64,000 bases of DNA, taken from assembly GCA_002633005.1 (NCBI GenBank), contig NMRA01000673.1:91610-155609 (forward strand), written 5' to 3'. The first letter of the stretch is position 1. Each line of letters opens with the position of its first letter. The translations under genes and the position numbers were made by a program. Shown piece by piece: positions 37,471-52,200 of this stretch. A model generated the notes under the pieces. The model did no database searches and was not told where the DNA came from. It saw only the letters and a program-made list of their open reading frames with translations. The DNA comes from Phoronis australis. Lineage: Eukaryota > Animalia > Phoronida.

Positions 37471-40400
37471 GTAGTATGTCTTTGCTTAAAGCTGTTGTTC
37501 CTTTGCTTCCACTGGACTTCCAACAAATAAGAATCATACTAATCGACAAAATGTTTCATACATAAACATTTTTCGACCTGTATTCTATTTGCACTGTAAT
37601 TTTCAAAAGTTTATTCAAGTTTAGTTTTATTAAAAAGTTTGGGTCCATCGCCACAAATTAATAATTAATGATAAACGTTAAATTACGGTAGCCTGTGCAT
37701 GATTTTTTTTTTTAATTTTTGAACTGAACAGTAAGAATCTACTTCGGTGAAATACACTGTTCATCAGGGTGGAAAGGAATTTTCACAGGCGTAGAAAGTC
37801 ATTATTTTGTTTAGGCAAAATGGGAATGCCCTTCACTCGGGTAAAAGGTACATTTGCCTTTTTTAACACAAGTGGAAAGTGCCCAAGGTCTCAAAAAAAT
37901 GTCATGCGCAAACCATTGTACTAAATATCAATACTCTGTACTTTGCTTTTTAGCAGTTTATTTTCATATTGACAGGATGTCACCAGAGAGTAAGTGTAGA
38001 CTAAGTTGTCTTTCCCTGCACATTTGAGTGTGAATATTTTAACAAGAAGCAATGGTGCAGGAATAGATAAACCATCCGGACAATGAATCGAGGTGGGTGT
38101 AGTGTTAGTGGCTCGTTTTGGGACTGGAAACACTTAACAACATTACGTTGCACTTATTTGATTCCATTCTAGTATCGTCGTTGCTTCATCAAATGCCCAT
38201 TGTTGTTTTCCAAAAATTATCTTCGTAAATTTTAGAGGCTTGGCCAGAAACAATCTCACGGGAAACTAGGGCGCAAGCTACTTGCATAGATATCGGTACA
38301 TAAGCGTATCTATTGTTCACTTTGTTTTTCTTTCTTCTAATCAAGTTAATGGCAAACATTTATCGGTAACTGGTTAAGAAGCGATATCCGGGAGACCTTC
38401 ATTGTTATATCCAACAAAGACGCAACAAAGGGAAACAGTGCTAGCATCCCACAGGTGATAGCCATGCGACGCGCTTCCGCCTGCCGCACGGATCTTTCAA
38501 GTTAAACAACAGCTTGCTAAATCCAAACGACACCATTTGGCATAAATATTTTAAGAGAAACGTAAATTTACGACGATCACACGGCTGTCACGATGCAGCC
38601 TCTAGTGGTTCAATCCACAAATGTTCAATGCACAAGTAAAATTGCGTCGTAAATTCTAACAACTCTTGATCTCTTTTGTAACAGGTCTATCGTCACGAGC
38701 ATGAAGAAGCGAAGAGGAGACTTATATGGGAAGATAATCTTGCCTACATAATGAAACATAATCTGGAGTTCGATTTGGGTCGACATAGTTACTTTCTGGG
38801 AATGAACGCGTTTTCTGACTGGAGCCACCGCGAGTTTGTGGAGAGTATGAACAACTACCAGAAAGACAACAGTGTCCAGTTCTTGCAAAACCACAAGGAA
38901 AGCAACAGGGTAGTTCTGATCTAAAAATTCATTGTTACGCCTGTCTGATATTTGATTCTATTTGAGATCCCAATCGCTTTCCGTAAACTGGTGTTTGACT
39001 TTGTTTTGGAGGTTTAACCTTAACTGTTCTATAAGCAGTGAATCATCTGAGTGGTGAAAAATAATGTACAACTAAAACACCGCTTTACACCTCGAACGCA
39101 ATCTTTCGGTTATAGAGAGGGACATTTCATCGAAATTCTTAAGCATCTCAAGCAACGCCAGGCTTGTCAATTTTTCTGACTTTGTTAGGAGCTTAAAGTC
39201 GTTCCAACCTGTAGATAACAGTGCATTAGTTTGATTCAAAAATGAAATCATCGAATGATATCCATGTATATTTGATAAGCCAAAACAATGTTCAGTGTTG
39301 TGTTCACATGACAAAGCAACATCACATTAACAAGTTGCATATGCAAATTACCTGGATATTTACTCATGCATTTCCAGAAGATGAAAACAATTTAAAGCAG
39401 AAGGCAACCTTGTTCATGTCATTTTTAGCAAAAATACGGTTCGTTGATTATCCCAGTAAGATGTTTCGGTTAATAACGGCTTTACGGAATTGTGTTAAAT
39501 CGTCGTGCCGTTCTCGGGAAGTTTAGGGGTTAAAAGTTTCCTGCCATTTTCTTTTCATATAGTCTAACTGTGTGACCTGTCGAGTCAGTCATTGTTTTAC
39601 CTCGGTTGTGGCAAGTTATGTTGTCGTTTGCGTTTGTGTACAAGTCAGTCAACATGCTGCACGGTTGTTGCGTACCGGGATGTACTCATTATCATCTCGC
39701 TCACTTTGCGTATGCCATTACACCGCTTTCCGAAACATGACACACCCCTCTGTACTTGGCCTGTTCGTGTGAAAAATGCAGCGTTACCGTCAACGCAATT
39801 TACATAACACTGGTGACTTACCGAGTGTGTGTCAAGCATTTACTGCCGTTGGAATTGATGAAGTTTCCTGCAAAACAAGGAGAAATGCACTTTTAAAGCG
39901 AGTAGCCTCGCGAGCTGTGGCCTCTGTAGTGACTGGAAGCTATCCATACATGTATACTGTCATTCGCGCCTACGAACGTACCGTAGAGCGTGCAATTTCG
40001 GAACTAGCAGTGATTCACCCTGAAACGATGTTGAGTGGGGAGAGTCAATACAGGAAAATTTGGACTCCCAGGGGGGAGGAGAGCTCAGCGTCCAATGGTC
40101 AAGCCGGTGAGGCAAATTTTGATGAGTTTATTGTGGACGTGACTAAAGTATTGGAACTATTTAGAAGGTTCCGACTGTGTGGCCAGGGAATCACACGATT
40201 CGACGTAAGTGGTTCGGGTGCTCGAGTCACCATCCAATGGGAATATTATAGGCATTCCATTGAGGTCGGCATAACAGTGCACACCATGCATTTGCACCAA
40301 GTCGTCCCACGGCGTCTGTCCTCAGTCTCTGCCTCATCCCTCTCAGCACCTGTCTGTATTCTGCCTAACTACACTCGGCCTCAAACATACATGTACATGT

Positions 40401-43400
40401 ACATGTACTGCTACTAATAACTAAAATGTCCCTAAATCAAACGTAATTGAGTTCTCTAACTACCTAGCTTGTCGTAGAATACTCGTCGATGGGAAGTGAT
40501 GACGACAATTTTTGGAGACCAGCACAAAAAACAACAATAGTACAGATCCTCACATTAACTCGAACACACTAGAAACGAAATGGCGGAATTTCTTAACCCC
40601 CAAAACGTCTCTTCCTGAGTAGTGCACAACTAATTAATAAAGTTACATGTACGAAGAGTCGTAATTAACTGAAGCATATGTCTGAGATAATCAAAGGACC
40701 GCATTTTTACCAGCAATGACACGAACAGAGGTTGCCTTCCCTTTAAAGGTTTGTCTGTAAGCATGTTTACTCAAGAAGGTTTTTGCCTCGTTTTGAACTT
40801 GCACGATAGCACGATACACAAAATTCCCACTGAGTGTACAATTCACGCAACTCGTGACTTTGGAAAAAGTACTTAAAAATCTCAATGAAGCCTGTTGCAT
40901 TCAACTTTTTGGCATTGACAGTGCTCACAAATGTCTTTGAATTGGCCCAGTTTCGTGCAAGAATGTGTGAGTAGACGGGGATTAAACACAGGTTGTTGCA
41001 TTGACAGACACATTTGCGTGAATCGCTTGCCTCCGTGTATCCCAACACACTACAGCGGCAATATGACGTACTTGAAGGCCCATCATACCGGACATGGCTA
41101 ATCGGTGGTAGCTGCTCACCAGGTCAAGGATTAGTTTCACTAGGCCGAAGGTCTACTCATTAATATGGCGGAAATGAGTCATAAAGCACCAAAATATATT
41201 TTTATGGGTTTTATACGAAACTCAATGATAAGTTATGGCAAGAGTAGCGCTGCAAAGTGTATTAGTACCGGGCGAGTGGTTATTTTACAACTAACAACTG
41301 AAGTATCGTGTATTATTGCATGTTAAAAATATGAAAACTACAACCGAGTCTCAAATCTTAATATGTATTTTTGGAATAGTGCACCTTGTGACTTCTACTA
41401 TTGACGACACTGGTACATTTTCCTGAGTTGAACTGTCTTGGGAAGCATATCCATACATGTATTTGTTTGGGATTGTGTGTTTGGGATACACCTGGATGTT
41501 TCTGACGTGTTCCTGTGTATTGTTTTCTTTTGTCATGGCTGTATAATGAAAATACGTTATTTAGTACCGACGAACAGGAATCTCGGTTTAGTCCTGGGTG
41601 GAACAGCCATATTTCTTTTGCTGCGTTCCTCAGAGTTAGCCAAGATTTGTCACTTGGCTCATTAAATTGAATTCACTCACTATATATATGTGTTCTTTTA
41701 GACTTTGTCGCAGGTCGACTGGCGAAGACACGGGTTAGTTTCTGCTGTCAAAAATCAGGGGGCGTGCGGTTCTTGCTGGGCGTTCGCAGCTGTTGGTGTC
41801 GTTGAAGCAATACATGCAAAGCTTGCTGGTCAAATGATTGACCTGTCAGAACAACAACTGGTAGACTGTGCTGATGGAACATGGCTTAGTAAAGGTATGC
41901 AGAATGCAAAGATTTTGAAATCTGTACCCTGTTTTGAGTCTCACCTGGATAAGAGTGATGCTTTTAAATTTCCATTTGAGTGGACCTTTAATATGTGTGT
42001 ACGAAAGATTGCATCCGGCCTGCATTGTGTTGGCCAAACAGACCATCATTAGACTGGAAAACGCTAATGTGGCCAATCGGTTTGCATGCATAACAGGTCA
42101 AGTACATGAATTAGCTGTTAGCGGCCAGGCGTCATAACGTCGCACTAAACTGCTACAAATTTTCACCAAAAAAAACCGTTACTGCAACAACTATACACCT
42201 AAAACACGAAATAATTGTGGCAATATGAATATTGAAGCTTGAGTCTGTCAGAATCTTTCTAGTTAACATACGGCCGAAACGCCTCGTCCTTTAAAAAAGA
42301 GCATGTTTAAAGTATATTCCTTATATTCATAGTTCGAGTAATTTCATGATATGTCTTCGTGTAGGTTGTCAAGGTGGAAGTGTTTACATGGCCCTTCTTT
42401 ACGTAAAGAAAGAAGGTGGCTTGGTACGTGAGGAGGCCTACCCCTACGCTGCTGCTGACGGAAGGTGCGAGGCAGGGCGGGAACAACGAGTGGCAACAAT
42501 TTCCAATATAACGGTACCTGTTTTAGCACTAATTGATAAGTAGACTAAACATGTATAAACAACAGCAACATACAGAATTTATTTAATATCTGTATGCTCA
42601 TATCTAACCAATTTCGAGCCGGGGCAGGGTGCTCGAAATAGTCATTCTTTGTCCCCGATGATTTCAGACATCCGATTACAGATGTGTTGCTGAATGACAA
42701 TAACAAACCTTAAAATGGAAGATTTTACAAACACAATTGCTTCGCTTATTGAATTATAAAATAAAAACGCGTTTTGCAGGTGATGTGTACGCTAGATCGT
42801 CTACGTTCACCATGATACCGTAACGGGAAGAGCTTTAATTTTTTAAATTTATTCAACGACAATCCGTGTTCCCCTTTTTGCCAGGAAGACAATACGAGGA
42901 GCTGCGTTAAAGGCACCAAATAAAGTAGATACTTTTTCAGTTGGAATTAAGTGACCACCTGTAGGAATTCCGGGATTGATTTTAAAATCCCAATTAGCAT
43001 AAATATCGCAATTTTCAATGTATGGCCATGTACAAATTACTCAGTACTCGTTTTGAAAGCAGCCCGTCGATCTCAAACGCCAACATTTTTGACAGCCGTT
43101 TGTCTCGAGAGACGGGGGTTATGCGCCGTCTGTCAGTCATTGGTTGGATTGCAGCGTTGCCTGTGGCTAAAAAGTCCGATTCTCGGGTGTCATATTTTGT
43201 AGCAGTTGTCACAGGGGTATACTTTGGTCTTGATCAGTAGAATCAGATGCAGCCCTCTGACGTATGTATTCTTGAAGTAGTGCCTGTTTTTTCTTGTCTT
43301 TCATTTGCTCACTGGTTTTAATGCATGACTTGACACTCGACCTCCACCCGCTACGATCGAAGGCAACAACTTCCCAATCTGCGACATTTATGTTTCCCGT

Positions 43401-44774
43401 TTTCTGATCGCACTAACGAAAATCTTTATAACGAACCATGGGCCTTCCTGCAGGTCTGGTTCCAGTGGCAATCTCTCCATAATCTATGTCGCTTGGCATT
43501 CCCCAATCGCCGATGGGCCTTACGTGGCCCATACATACAAGGCAGCTCCGCCTGGGGTAAAACTTTGAAGTTGGCGAAATGATCCTGCTCCTTGATACCG
43601 ACTATCCTTCTCAGGCAGAGCATATTGAAAGAGTTGAGTTTGCGCTCTTGGCAGGTGTACAGGGACCATGATTCGCTGCCGTGTAGGAGAATGTTGAAAA
43701 CACAAGCACGGTAGACCCATGACAATAAGAATGAGATTTTTTTCTCAGTCCTTTTGCGTTAGACAAGCCATTGCTGAGACCGCTTTGCCGATCTTGGTGT
43801 TGAGTTCATCGTACAGTAAAATATCTCTTGTAATAGTAAGACCAAGATAAATGAACTTGTCTACCACTTGGAGGATATAGTCTCCAATGACGATGTTGGT
43901 AACCCTAGTAGCACCCTGACTAACGACGCAGGTCTTCTTGAGGCTGACGGTAAGGCCCAAAACCTCGCATGAATGAGCGAAGGAGTCAGTGAGACGTTTG
44001 AGTGCGTCCTCGCTATTAAGAGTAATATCAACATCACCAGCAAAGATCATGTCTCTCATGAGTTTTCTTTGCATTTTGTTCTATGCACGAAGACGGGCTA
44101 GGTTGAAGAGTTTTCCGTCGTTTTGAGTATGGATGTAGACTCCACCATTTGACTGGCAAAAGGCATGGGATAAGCGCGTAGGGAGAAGAATGTGCCGAAG
44201 AGTGTAGGAACGAGAAGGCACCCGTGTTTCACTCCACTGTTGATGGAAAATGGATCTGGCGATAAGCCATCGTACCGCACAACTCTCTGCATGTCATGGA
44301 AAGACGTGATCATTCCCAGAAGCTTGATATGATACCGAATCCTTTATAGAAGGGAGAAGTAGACTTTCCTACCGACAAGGTTGTCGCGTTTCGTAAGATC
44401 TAGGAAAGCAAGGTACAGGGTTCATCTCTGCCTACGGCACTTTAAACCTCCAACATTAAACATGTTATTATCATGTTTAAGGTTATCGTTAAATTTGCCC
44501 AAGCAGCAATTTGCGACAGCTGTCTCTCTACTAAAGAGATTTGTGCCCTAATCACGCACGTGTCTCAACAGGTTGTCACCAGTGGAAGTGAGAGTGGTTT
44601 GGCAGATGCGCTCTCCAGCATCGGTCCAGTGGCTGTTGGTATAGACGCCAGTCACCGCTCATTTATGAGCTACAGTGAAGGGATCTATGACGAATCGTCT
44701 TGTAGCAGCTCTCAGCTAAACCACGGAGTATTAGCTGTTGGTTTCACGGAGGATGCATGGATTGTGAAAAATAG
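37354..44774 (+). CDS. Cathepsin L-like papain-family (C1A) cysteine protease (spliced, terminal exon not found)
   Basis: Exons 37354-37470, 38685-38909, 41702-41894, 42365-42513, 44572-44774 with consistent phases. Signal peptide, I29 propeptide, [10 protein letters not shown] (catalytic Cys), LNHGVLAVG (His), WIVKN (Asn). Confidence 0.93.
38685..38909 (+). CDS. Cathepsin L-like exon 2: I29 inhibitor propeptide
   Basis: [51 protein letters not shown] (ERFNIN- and GNFD-type motifs). Confidence 0.92.
39396..40742 (+). mobile_element. Kolobok-like DNA transposon derivative with decayed THAP domain, in cathepsin intron 2
   Basis: TTAA at 39392-39395 and 40743-40746; termini AGCAGAAGGCAACC...GGTTGCCTTCCCT; imperfect TIRs about 160 bp; internal PLHRFPK..W..RVK (THAP) and [14 protein letters not shown]. 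Confidence 0.78.
41702..41894 (+). CDS. Cathepsin L-like exon 3: catalytic Cys
   Basis: [24 protein letters not shown]...LSEQQLVDC; an alternative in-frame acceptor at 41714 is possible. Confidence 0.95.
42365..42513 (+). CDS. Cathepsin L-like exon 4
   Basis: [35 protein letters not shown]. Confidence 0.93.
43270..44440 (-). mobile_element. RTE-clade LINE reverse-transcriptase fragment (decayed), in cathepsin intron 4
   Basis: [19 protein letters not shown] (decayed FADD), [34 protein letters not shown]; frameshifted. Confidence 0.85.
44572..44774 (+). CDS. Cathepsin L-like exon 5: catalytic His and Asn
   Basis: [51 protein letters not shown]; phase-2 donor gtaagc. Confidence 0.95.
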
Positions 44775-47700
44775 GTAAGCTTCAGTACCCCCAATGTATA
44801 ATGTCCGCTTACACTTGTAGTCTGGTGCTTCTGCTAATGTCCTGTATGCGATTCATTTTGCGCATGTGCCCACAGGTGAATTATGGAAAAATGCATGACC
44901 CCAGCGGACACTTGCGTACATGATACTACTGAAGTTACAATAGTGGTTCGCTAACATTGCGAGTGCCATATTTCCTGCAGGTGGCCTTGCTTGATTGTGA
45001 GACGAATATAAACTCGTCTTCGCCAATCAATATTAAGTTTTGATTTTGGCCACACGGTCTCCAAATTGTTCCTTAGCCAGCTACGAGTTGATATCAGGCC
45101 GCACCGCAATAGCTGACATTTCGTTATTGCTGAAGACCATGCTTCACAAGTTGGTTTCTCACGGCTTATCACATAACGCGCACCGCAAGCTCTGCATTCA
45201 CTCCTAATCTGAATCAGGAGCAAACAATGTTTCTCTTCTTTGGCGGATTACGAGTTTACAACTGCATTTAGTAGCGTCATTGGAAGAAAAACGATAAATG
45301 CCAAACGGTAAGATGCAATATACATGTAGTACAATTTGTTCTGGTATGCGTTCGATTCGTTTGGGAGCACGGCAACATCTCAAGGCTGATATCAGGTGGG
45401 GCTATGGAGTACAAAAACGACCAATTTCAGTAGACATCAGGACCCGGGGTCAAACCTTTGTATTCGAAACTAGGCTCAAAAATTGACTAATTGCATGGCA
45501 CGCTTCCAGTTAACTAACTGATTTTTATTCAAATCATGCGGCGTGGCTGGTTAGATTTGGATTCTGAGTCAAGTCTGAGTTTGAAGATCAGTTACTTTGG
45601 TTGGGGCCGGGTTTTAATTTTCTAAAGTAGGAAATTATTTTTGATATTTTCTATTCTTATGCGGACTCACGGTAATTGGATGTTATCCTACGCTTGCACA
45701 CGTACATGTAATATGCTTTGCGTGGATAACTGCATAATCATAATGCACTAGATGTTGCCAGTGTTAAGTCTGAACTGGGAGATTTTTTTGGAGTTGGTAG
45801 CACGCATATATTGTCCATCATGTGCAAACATAGATTAGAAACTCATGGGCAAAAAAAAACTTCTTAGCACACGGTGAATACTAAAAATAATGTCAAGTTC
45901 CATTTCTCGCGGAACGATTAGATTCCGGCCCCTGGTGACGCTGCAAAAGGGACGGTTCTCAATCCATTGCATCGTACATCAGGTGCCTTTTTTCTTTTTG
46001 GAAATGTGGACAGTTAAAAAATTCCGAATCCCCTGAGCAAATTTCAAACAGACTCGAAGCACTTTTGTACAAACCGTAATCACAATAGACCGTGAGCATA
46101 AGTGCTATGCGCTGGATAACGATTGCATTGCACTGTCAGGTGCAAGGCTGCCAGTGTGGAACAATGCATTAAACAATCAAACTTATCGTTTAGATTAGAT
46201 TTAAAATTCTGTACAACCGATCGGCAACCTAGTGAGCTGGTGGTCACGCAAAATGCCTTGACTAATGTCGTCAGTATTACTCGAAGCTGTAATTCGTAGA
46301 TCATCTGGCCATAACTGGAGATAAGAGCTTTCAAATGTTATTGTACCTAATCCGATTTATCAAAGACGCAACGTGGAAAGATTTGATCATTTTGATTTCT
46401 ACGTGAAAGTGACTTAGATTCGATGCACGTTTTTGTTTGTTTTCTAGCTGGGGAAGCGACTGGGGAGAGAATGGTTACGCACGGATGTCTCGGAACAAAG
46501 AAAACCAGTGTGGTATAGCCACCGCAGCAATATACGCGCGTTAAGCAAATAGAGATGTTATAATAGAAATATAGCTCTGTCCGACTGTTCATTAAGTTAT
46601 TATACATGTAATTACCTTGTCCTTGAGTATTTTAATATCAAATAGTTTTCACAAATTCATTCTCCCATGCAGCAGGAGAACTCACACGTTACCCTGAGGA
46701 AACCACAACACGTAGCACGCAGTGCTGAGCTAGTCACGTTCGTTTAAGGCCCAGGATCTAACCTGTGACCACGAAAGTCGACTAGAAATAGAAGTGTGTG
46801 CTTAATTTACAGAAAACGTATAACTGCGTACTCGAATCATGGGGCTTGATTGGCTTGCCCCCGAGTCCGAGTACCAAGAGTATATTCAGGAATACGACTG
46901 AGGTGGATGAAATGATACAGTAGCTTCCTGCAAGTACGAAATTCACGCTTGAAATAGATGATGAGCAAATTCATGTAACCTACTTGTTACGGTATTTTCT
47001 TGTCATTTCCTTTTGGTACTGTAGTTGAAAAGACCCATCCTGGATTGAACGCACCTCATTTGCCAAGGTAAGACAATGTGCTACATGACTGACTTGTTCA
47101 CAGTCAAGCACTTCTGGGTTCATTTACAACACTGACCTTTGACGTTTTGCCAATTCCTTGGTGTCAGTATTGGACCCCAAACCCGGCAGTAATACCAAGG
47201 AGTGTTCACTTGAGAGTTCGGTAGTTACCGCTACTACTAGCGCCGCCAAGTAGCGAGAAAACGGACAAGTACAATGCGCCAGAACAATGGCGAGGGACGC
47301 ATTTTGCAGGGTAGTAACTTGCACAAATTCATAAGCAAAAACAACAGAACTAACTGTATGTTTACGTTTCCTAATGATCCTGGAAGGTAATGAATATTTG
47401 TTATTCAATAATATGATACATTGTCTTTATTTTTGTGTGTTTTGTTCACAGTTAGAAGACAAGTCGATCGCACTCCCGTGTCGTCTTCAGTGTAGGCTAC
47501 TGCACAGGCCGGGGGAAGGACTAGGATTAATGATGTGATCGTCAGCTTTTTTGGATATTTGCAGTCCACGTATTCTAAATCAAAATAATGTCAAATGTAA
47601 GTGAACGATCACAGGTATAATTTTAGAGAAACAGGGCACAAGTACACTGCATTATTAAGGAAACTCCAGGGTTAGTTCACTGAATAGTTGATTTCAGATG

Positions 47701-49225
47701 GTGGTCACTATCAGTACGAAGCAAGTAAGTGTTTTTTGACTCCAGTCGTTCGTGGCTTTTACATTAGTAACACATAGATTATTTTCCGTGAATGTTTTTC
47801 GGTAGATTATACATGTACTTCATCATAATGTAAGAGGTCAGTTCCTCAACTTCTTCGGCTGCTGAACAACGTGGTCTTCAGGTACGCTTTACTAGAGAGA
47901 TCATTTTGCCCACCGCGCAATTGCTACGAAACGTTTGGTGAGGTCGCCGCTTCGATTTAAGTGGTTTCGTCTGGAAGCCGCTGTTAGGAATCGTTAAACG
48001 ATAATAAAATCGCAATATCATTGGCTATCATACAGCTCCAGTAAAGCTAATGACTTACAAGAAGTCAATACTATCCAAAATAACAACAGCATGTTTGTTC
48101 TGGCGTAAAATCCACTGTATTCATATAAGTGATATTTGACATTGGTCAAATAAAGATTGTAGGTAATTTACAAGATATTTGCTGTTTGGAATGGCAATTC
48201 CATGTCACCAGATAAGGCATAGTATTTACTTAGTAAACATACTTACATGTACAGCCATAAGAACGAAATGACATTAGTTGAATTTACAGTAGCGATAATA
48301 TATAACAAATATAGTAAGTTCTAATAAAAATAATGGTAGCAGTAATAATTATTATAAGAACAACCCAATTAAAGGATTACAATAATAATAGTAATTTTAT
48401 CACGCATTATGTGACAACGCATACGAACTCAAAAACGGCAGCAAAATATCGAGATTTCCCTCGTCGTAGAACTGAGAGTACCACTGGAAAGTACGATTAT
48501 GTCTTTCCTTTTCTCAGCATTCAGAACAGTGCCTAGAAAACTAAACACTTTAACTCAGTCAGCGCACAGTTGTATATATTTCTGAACATAGAATTTCCTT
48601 GTCGACTGCTTACCAACATGTTCTTAAAGGAGTCACATGGCCATGTAACTTTAGAAAGTTTAGCCAAAATTAAACATACCTTGACCACGAAACAACAGTG
48701 TCAATAACATTATAAAGTTTTATTCGATGCACATGTTCAAGGAGAAAATAAAGAATGGCGTTACTTTTCAAAAATATCATTCCGTTTTCTATTTTTCACT
48801 TTCAAAGAAATGAAAATCATAAAAATGCCTTATTTTTCATAGCCCTGCTCACGCACAGGTGCAACATTTTAAAAACAATTCCTTTCCAATTTTGAGCTCA
48901 GTGCACAAAGCATTATAGCCGAATGTTTCATACATATACATGTATGACCAGCCGTCTCTGAGACATGATATTTCGAATTCAGGCAAACTTGGACTTTGGT
49001 AGGGTTATAAATAATCTACTTGAATTTAGGTAACAGGCATACGGTAAAGTACATGTATAAGGCGGTAAGAATTTTAAATGCAAGTTTGTACACTAAAATA
49101 TCTACGTAGAGAGATTAGGTATTAAATAAAGTACTTGTCTCAAAGTGCGTCTATGTCATAAACTACGAGACCGTAACTTTGAGAGGACTGCTTCAGGAAC
49201 TCACGCCAAACCTTAAACCACGTGA

Positions 49226-49286
49226 TCAAAGTTGTTTCGTTTCACACTCTTCAGTTTCCGTCTTTTCTGTTGTTTTGGACATATTA
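49226..49286 (-). CDS. VWDE-like terminal coding exon (cytoplasmic tail)
   Basis: tttcag acceptor, phase 2, NMSKTTEKTETEECETKQL-stop. Confidence 0.65.
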
Positions 49287-52200
49287 CTGAAACGAAAGTT
49301 CCACATATTGATTTAAAAAAGGGATGACAAATTGACAATAGGATTTGAATGAAACAAGTCTGTTGCAATGTGACACTGCAGACGCAAAAATGTTACGAGT
49401 TAAGGAGGTGTTTTCACCGGCTTTGTTTCTAATGCTAGTCAATGTCTGGCGAAGTGTCACATAAATGTGTTTTTCTCGAATGTGGTAAATATAGATCAAC
49501 TTGCTGCATGACTATGCAAGTCACCGTGTCAACATCGCCCGAGCAAAATAGGAAAAAAACACGAAGAAAACACTAAAATAAGCTGAATGTTGTGTAATGT
49601 ACACGTGGAATGAGAAACGGGGTGTCTAGTTTATGGGTTGCACTGAGTATGCGCCATACCTCATGTAATTATCGGAGTTAAAAGGAGCCTTACAAAGTCC
49701 TTTATTCTCTAATGCACTCATAACTGAAGGCAATTTTTGCCACTACTTGCCCAGTAGTAAACGCCAGTTCTAAAAATTTGGCGTGATTTATGCAGCGCTG
49801 TGAACTAGTGAGAAATTATTATGTTCGCTGGTCAATCATAATTCTCCCCTGGAACATGCGCTATGTACAGCCGTGGTTAGAGCACGCCAAACAAAATCTT
49901 GTTTCTTTTTTTAAATTCAAGTGACATACTGTCCTCGTGGTTACCTCCTTCGCACAATAAAATTCAAGATCTGAAAATTGTTTGAAAATGTGTTGTGAAT
50001 GTCAGTGCGCATTTCATTCCCTTACAGCATGTCCGTGTGTCCAAATCGCGTATATTGGTGACAGACGAGTGCTCACTAAACATCCGAATACACTTACGGA
50101 AATGTATTAAACACCCTACAAAAGCTTTGCGCGACTTACACACGGCCTCTTCTTTTCCTTGACCACACGACCAGGCTGATAATTAGTAGTGTTAGAACTA
50201 CTGCAACAGAGACACCGACTATGATTCCTATCTTCCAGCCTTCAAAACCGCCATGTTGGCGGACATCAGGAGACAACGTTGTGGTTTCTTTCAACTTTTT
50301 CTCAGTCGTGAATTCTTGCCTTGTAGGCTCCCGAGGCCGCAGAGTTGTTGCACTAGCCGAGGTGGTCTGACAGCCCTCACCTGGACATGTTAAAATGGTT
50401 TCGTAGTTTAATATTAGTCACATTTTTTTTTGCCCACGTGCACGCAGACAAGCACCAAATTCTAGATTTTAGGATTAATCTAGTCGGAAAGGCCACGGCT
50501 TGCACCCCACCCACTCATCAACTAAATTCCATCTTTGTGAGGGAAATTGGGTGAGGAAGTGAAAATTGATTTCAACATGATAAAAATGTGTTCTGCATAT
50601 GTTTTTATGCAAATTAGTGCCACCGTTACTGAATTTCAATTACTTGGCAATATCTCACTAACTAATCAATATAATTAAATGCATTAAGTACCTACATTTC
50701 GAAGGTCAGGCATTACGATAGAATGGTCTTGTGGGTATATACATGTAACTATATGAATTGTAAACTAGACAACAAAGATTTAACGATTCTTTATTGACTT
50801 ATCGCCAAAACACTAATGCATGCAAATTGATTATAATTTCAATGAAAAAATCACAAGTGTCGTAAATGTCTTTAAGGTCAACCACTGACGATAGCGAAAT
50901 TTGACTAATTGATGAACGTTTCACGGAATGAGATAAAAGCGACATGGAATGATATAGGTTCATGAGCCAGATACCTGGTTACTGCGATATTAAGACAGCA
51001 CTTCGTCTGAAGATCATTTATTACATCGGTTGGGTTGCGTTTATTATTCACTTTATGTGATCCGTTTAAGAATCAGCGGTAGTGTACATCATCATTATTA
51101 TCACTGCTATCGTCACCATTGCTTTTAAATAGCCATCACCATCATCACCATCATCCTCATTGTTTTCTTAACGTTCATCATCATCGTCACGATCGTCATG
51201 GTCGTCATCGTAGCCATCCTAATAACCAAAACATTTCAGTGATGGGAAAGAAATAAGCTTACTCTTTCTTGGGGACCACGACGAACGACTCAGATCAGGC
51301 AAGCAGATGTTACACCTATCATGGGGACTTTGCTCTCCATTCCGATAGCATGAACCGTTGATAACGCATGAATTCATCTGCAAAGCATTAGTTATCTCAA
51401 TGAAGTTATCCATTATCTACCTTTTAGGGTTTGGAATTTCCCTCTCTAGAGGATTTCCTCATTTTTGGTTTCAATTTTCTCTTAATATTTTATTTCCAGA
51501 TTCCCATTTTTCATCTATTTTAAAAAATATTTTGGCTTCATTCATGCAAAAATATTTCTTTCAGTTAAATTTATTTTACAACATAAATATTTCTATTACA
51601 CAGGCCTGTTTGTTTGTCGAATGATACATCATATGGAAAATTTTCCTCTTTTCTGTCATTGCTCAAACACTTAAATGTTCTAAACTCAACAATTATTATT
51701 TTTATCAAATGCCATGGTCTTTGGTCCAATCTCTGATCTCGAACAAAAAAAAACAAAATTATGTTCTGATCCACAACCCCCCCGCAGTAAAGCTACAAAT
51801 TCAGCTCTGAACAAGAACTATCAAAGTTTTACTCTTACCTTTTTACACATACATGTAGCTCAAACCTGAGACACCCCAAGTGTGCAAATATGTATTGAGA
51901 AATCGACATGGTGTAAGTGTTCACAAACATGCCGAGCTACCTTGACTTTGCAGTTATGTAAAACAGAACACGTCAAATATGAAGACAATTTGAAAATTCT
52001 GTTCGAGTTCCGAGAATATTCCCCAGGGACAAGGTTCTTCATTTACACAATGATATGTGCCATAAGCGATCATTTATATCGTGTGGAATTTGAAATTTAG
52101 AAGAGGATTTATAGTCTAAACCTACTGTAGTTCAGTATGTAATCTCATGAAGCGCCATGGTAAAACACTTTTGACCTTGACAGGGAGCAGACATTTACAA

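Noticed and set aside
48624-49950. Possible TTAA-AGG transposon ends flanking the last VWDE-like exon
   Set aside because: Similarity between the ends is weak and there is no matching right TTAA.
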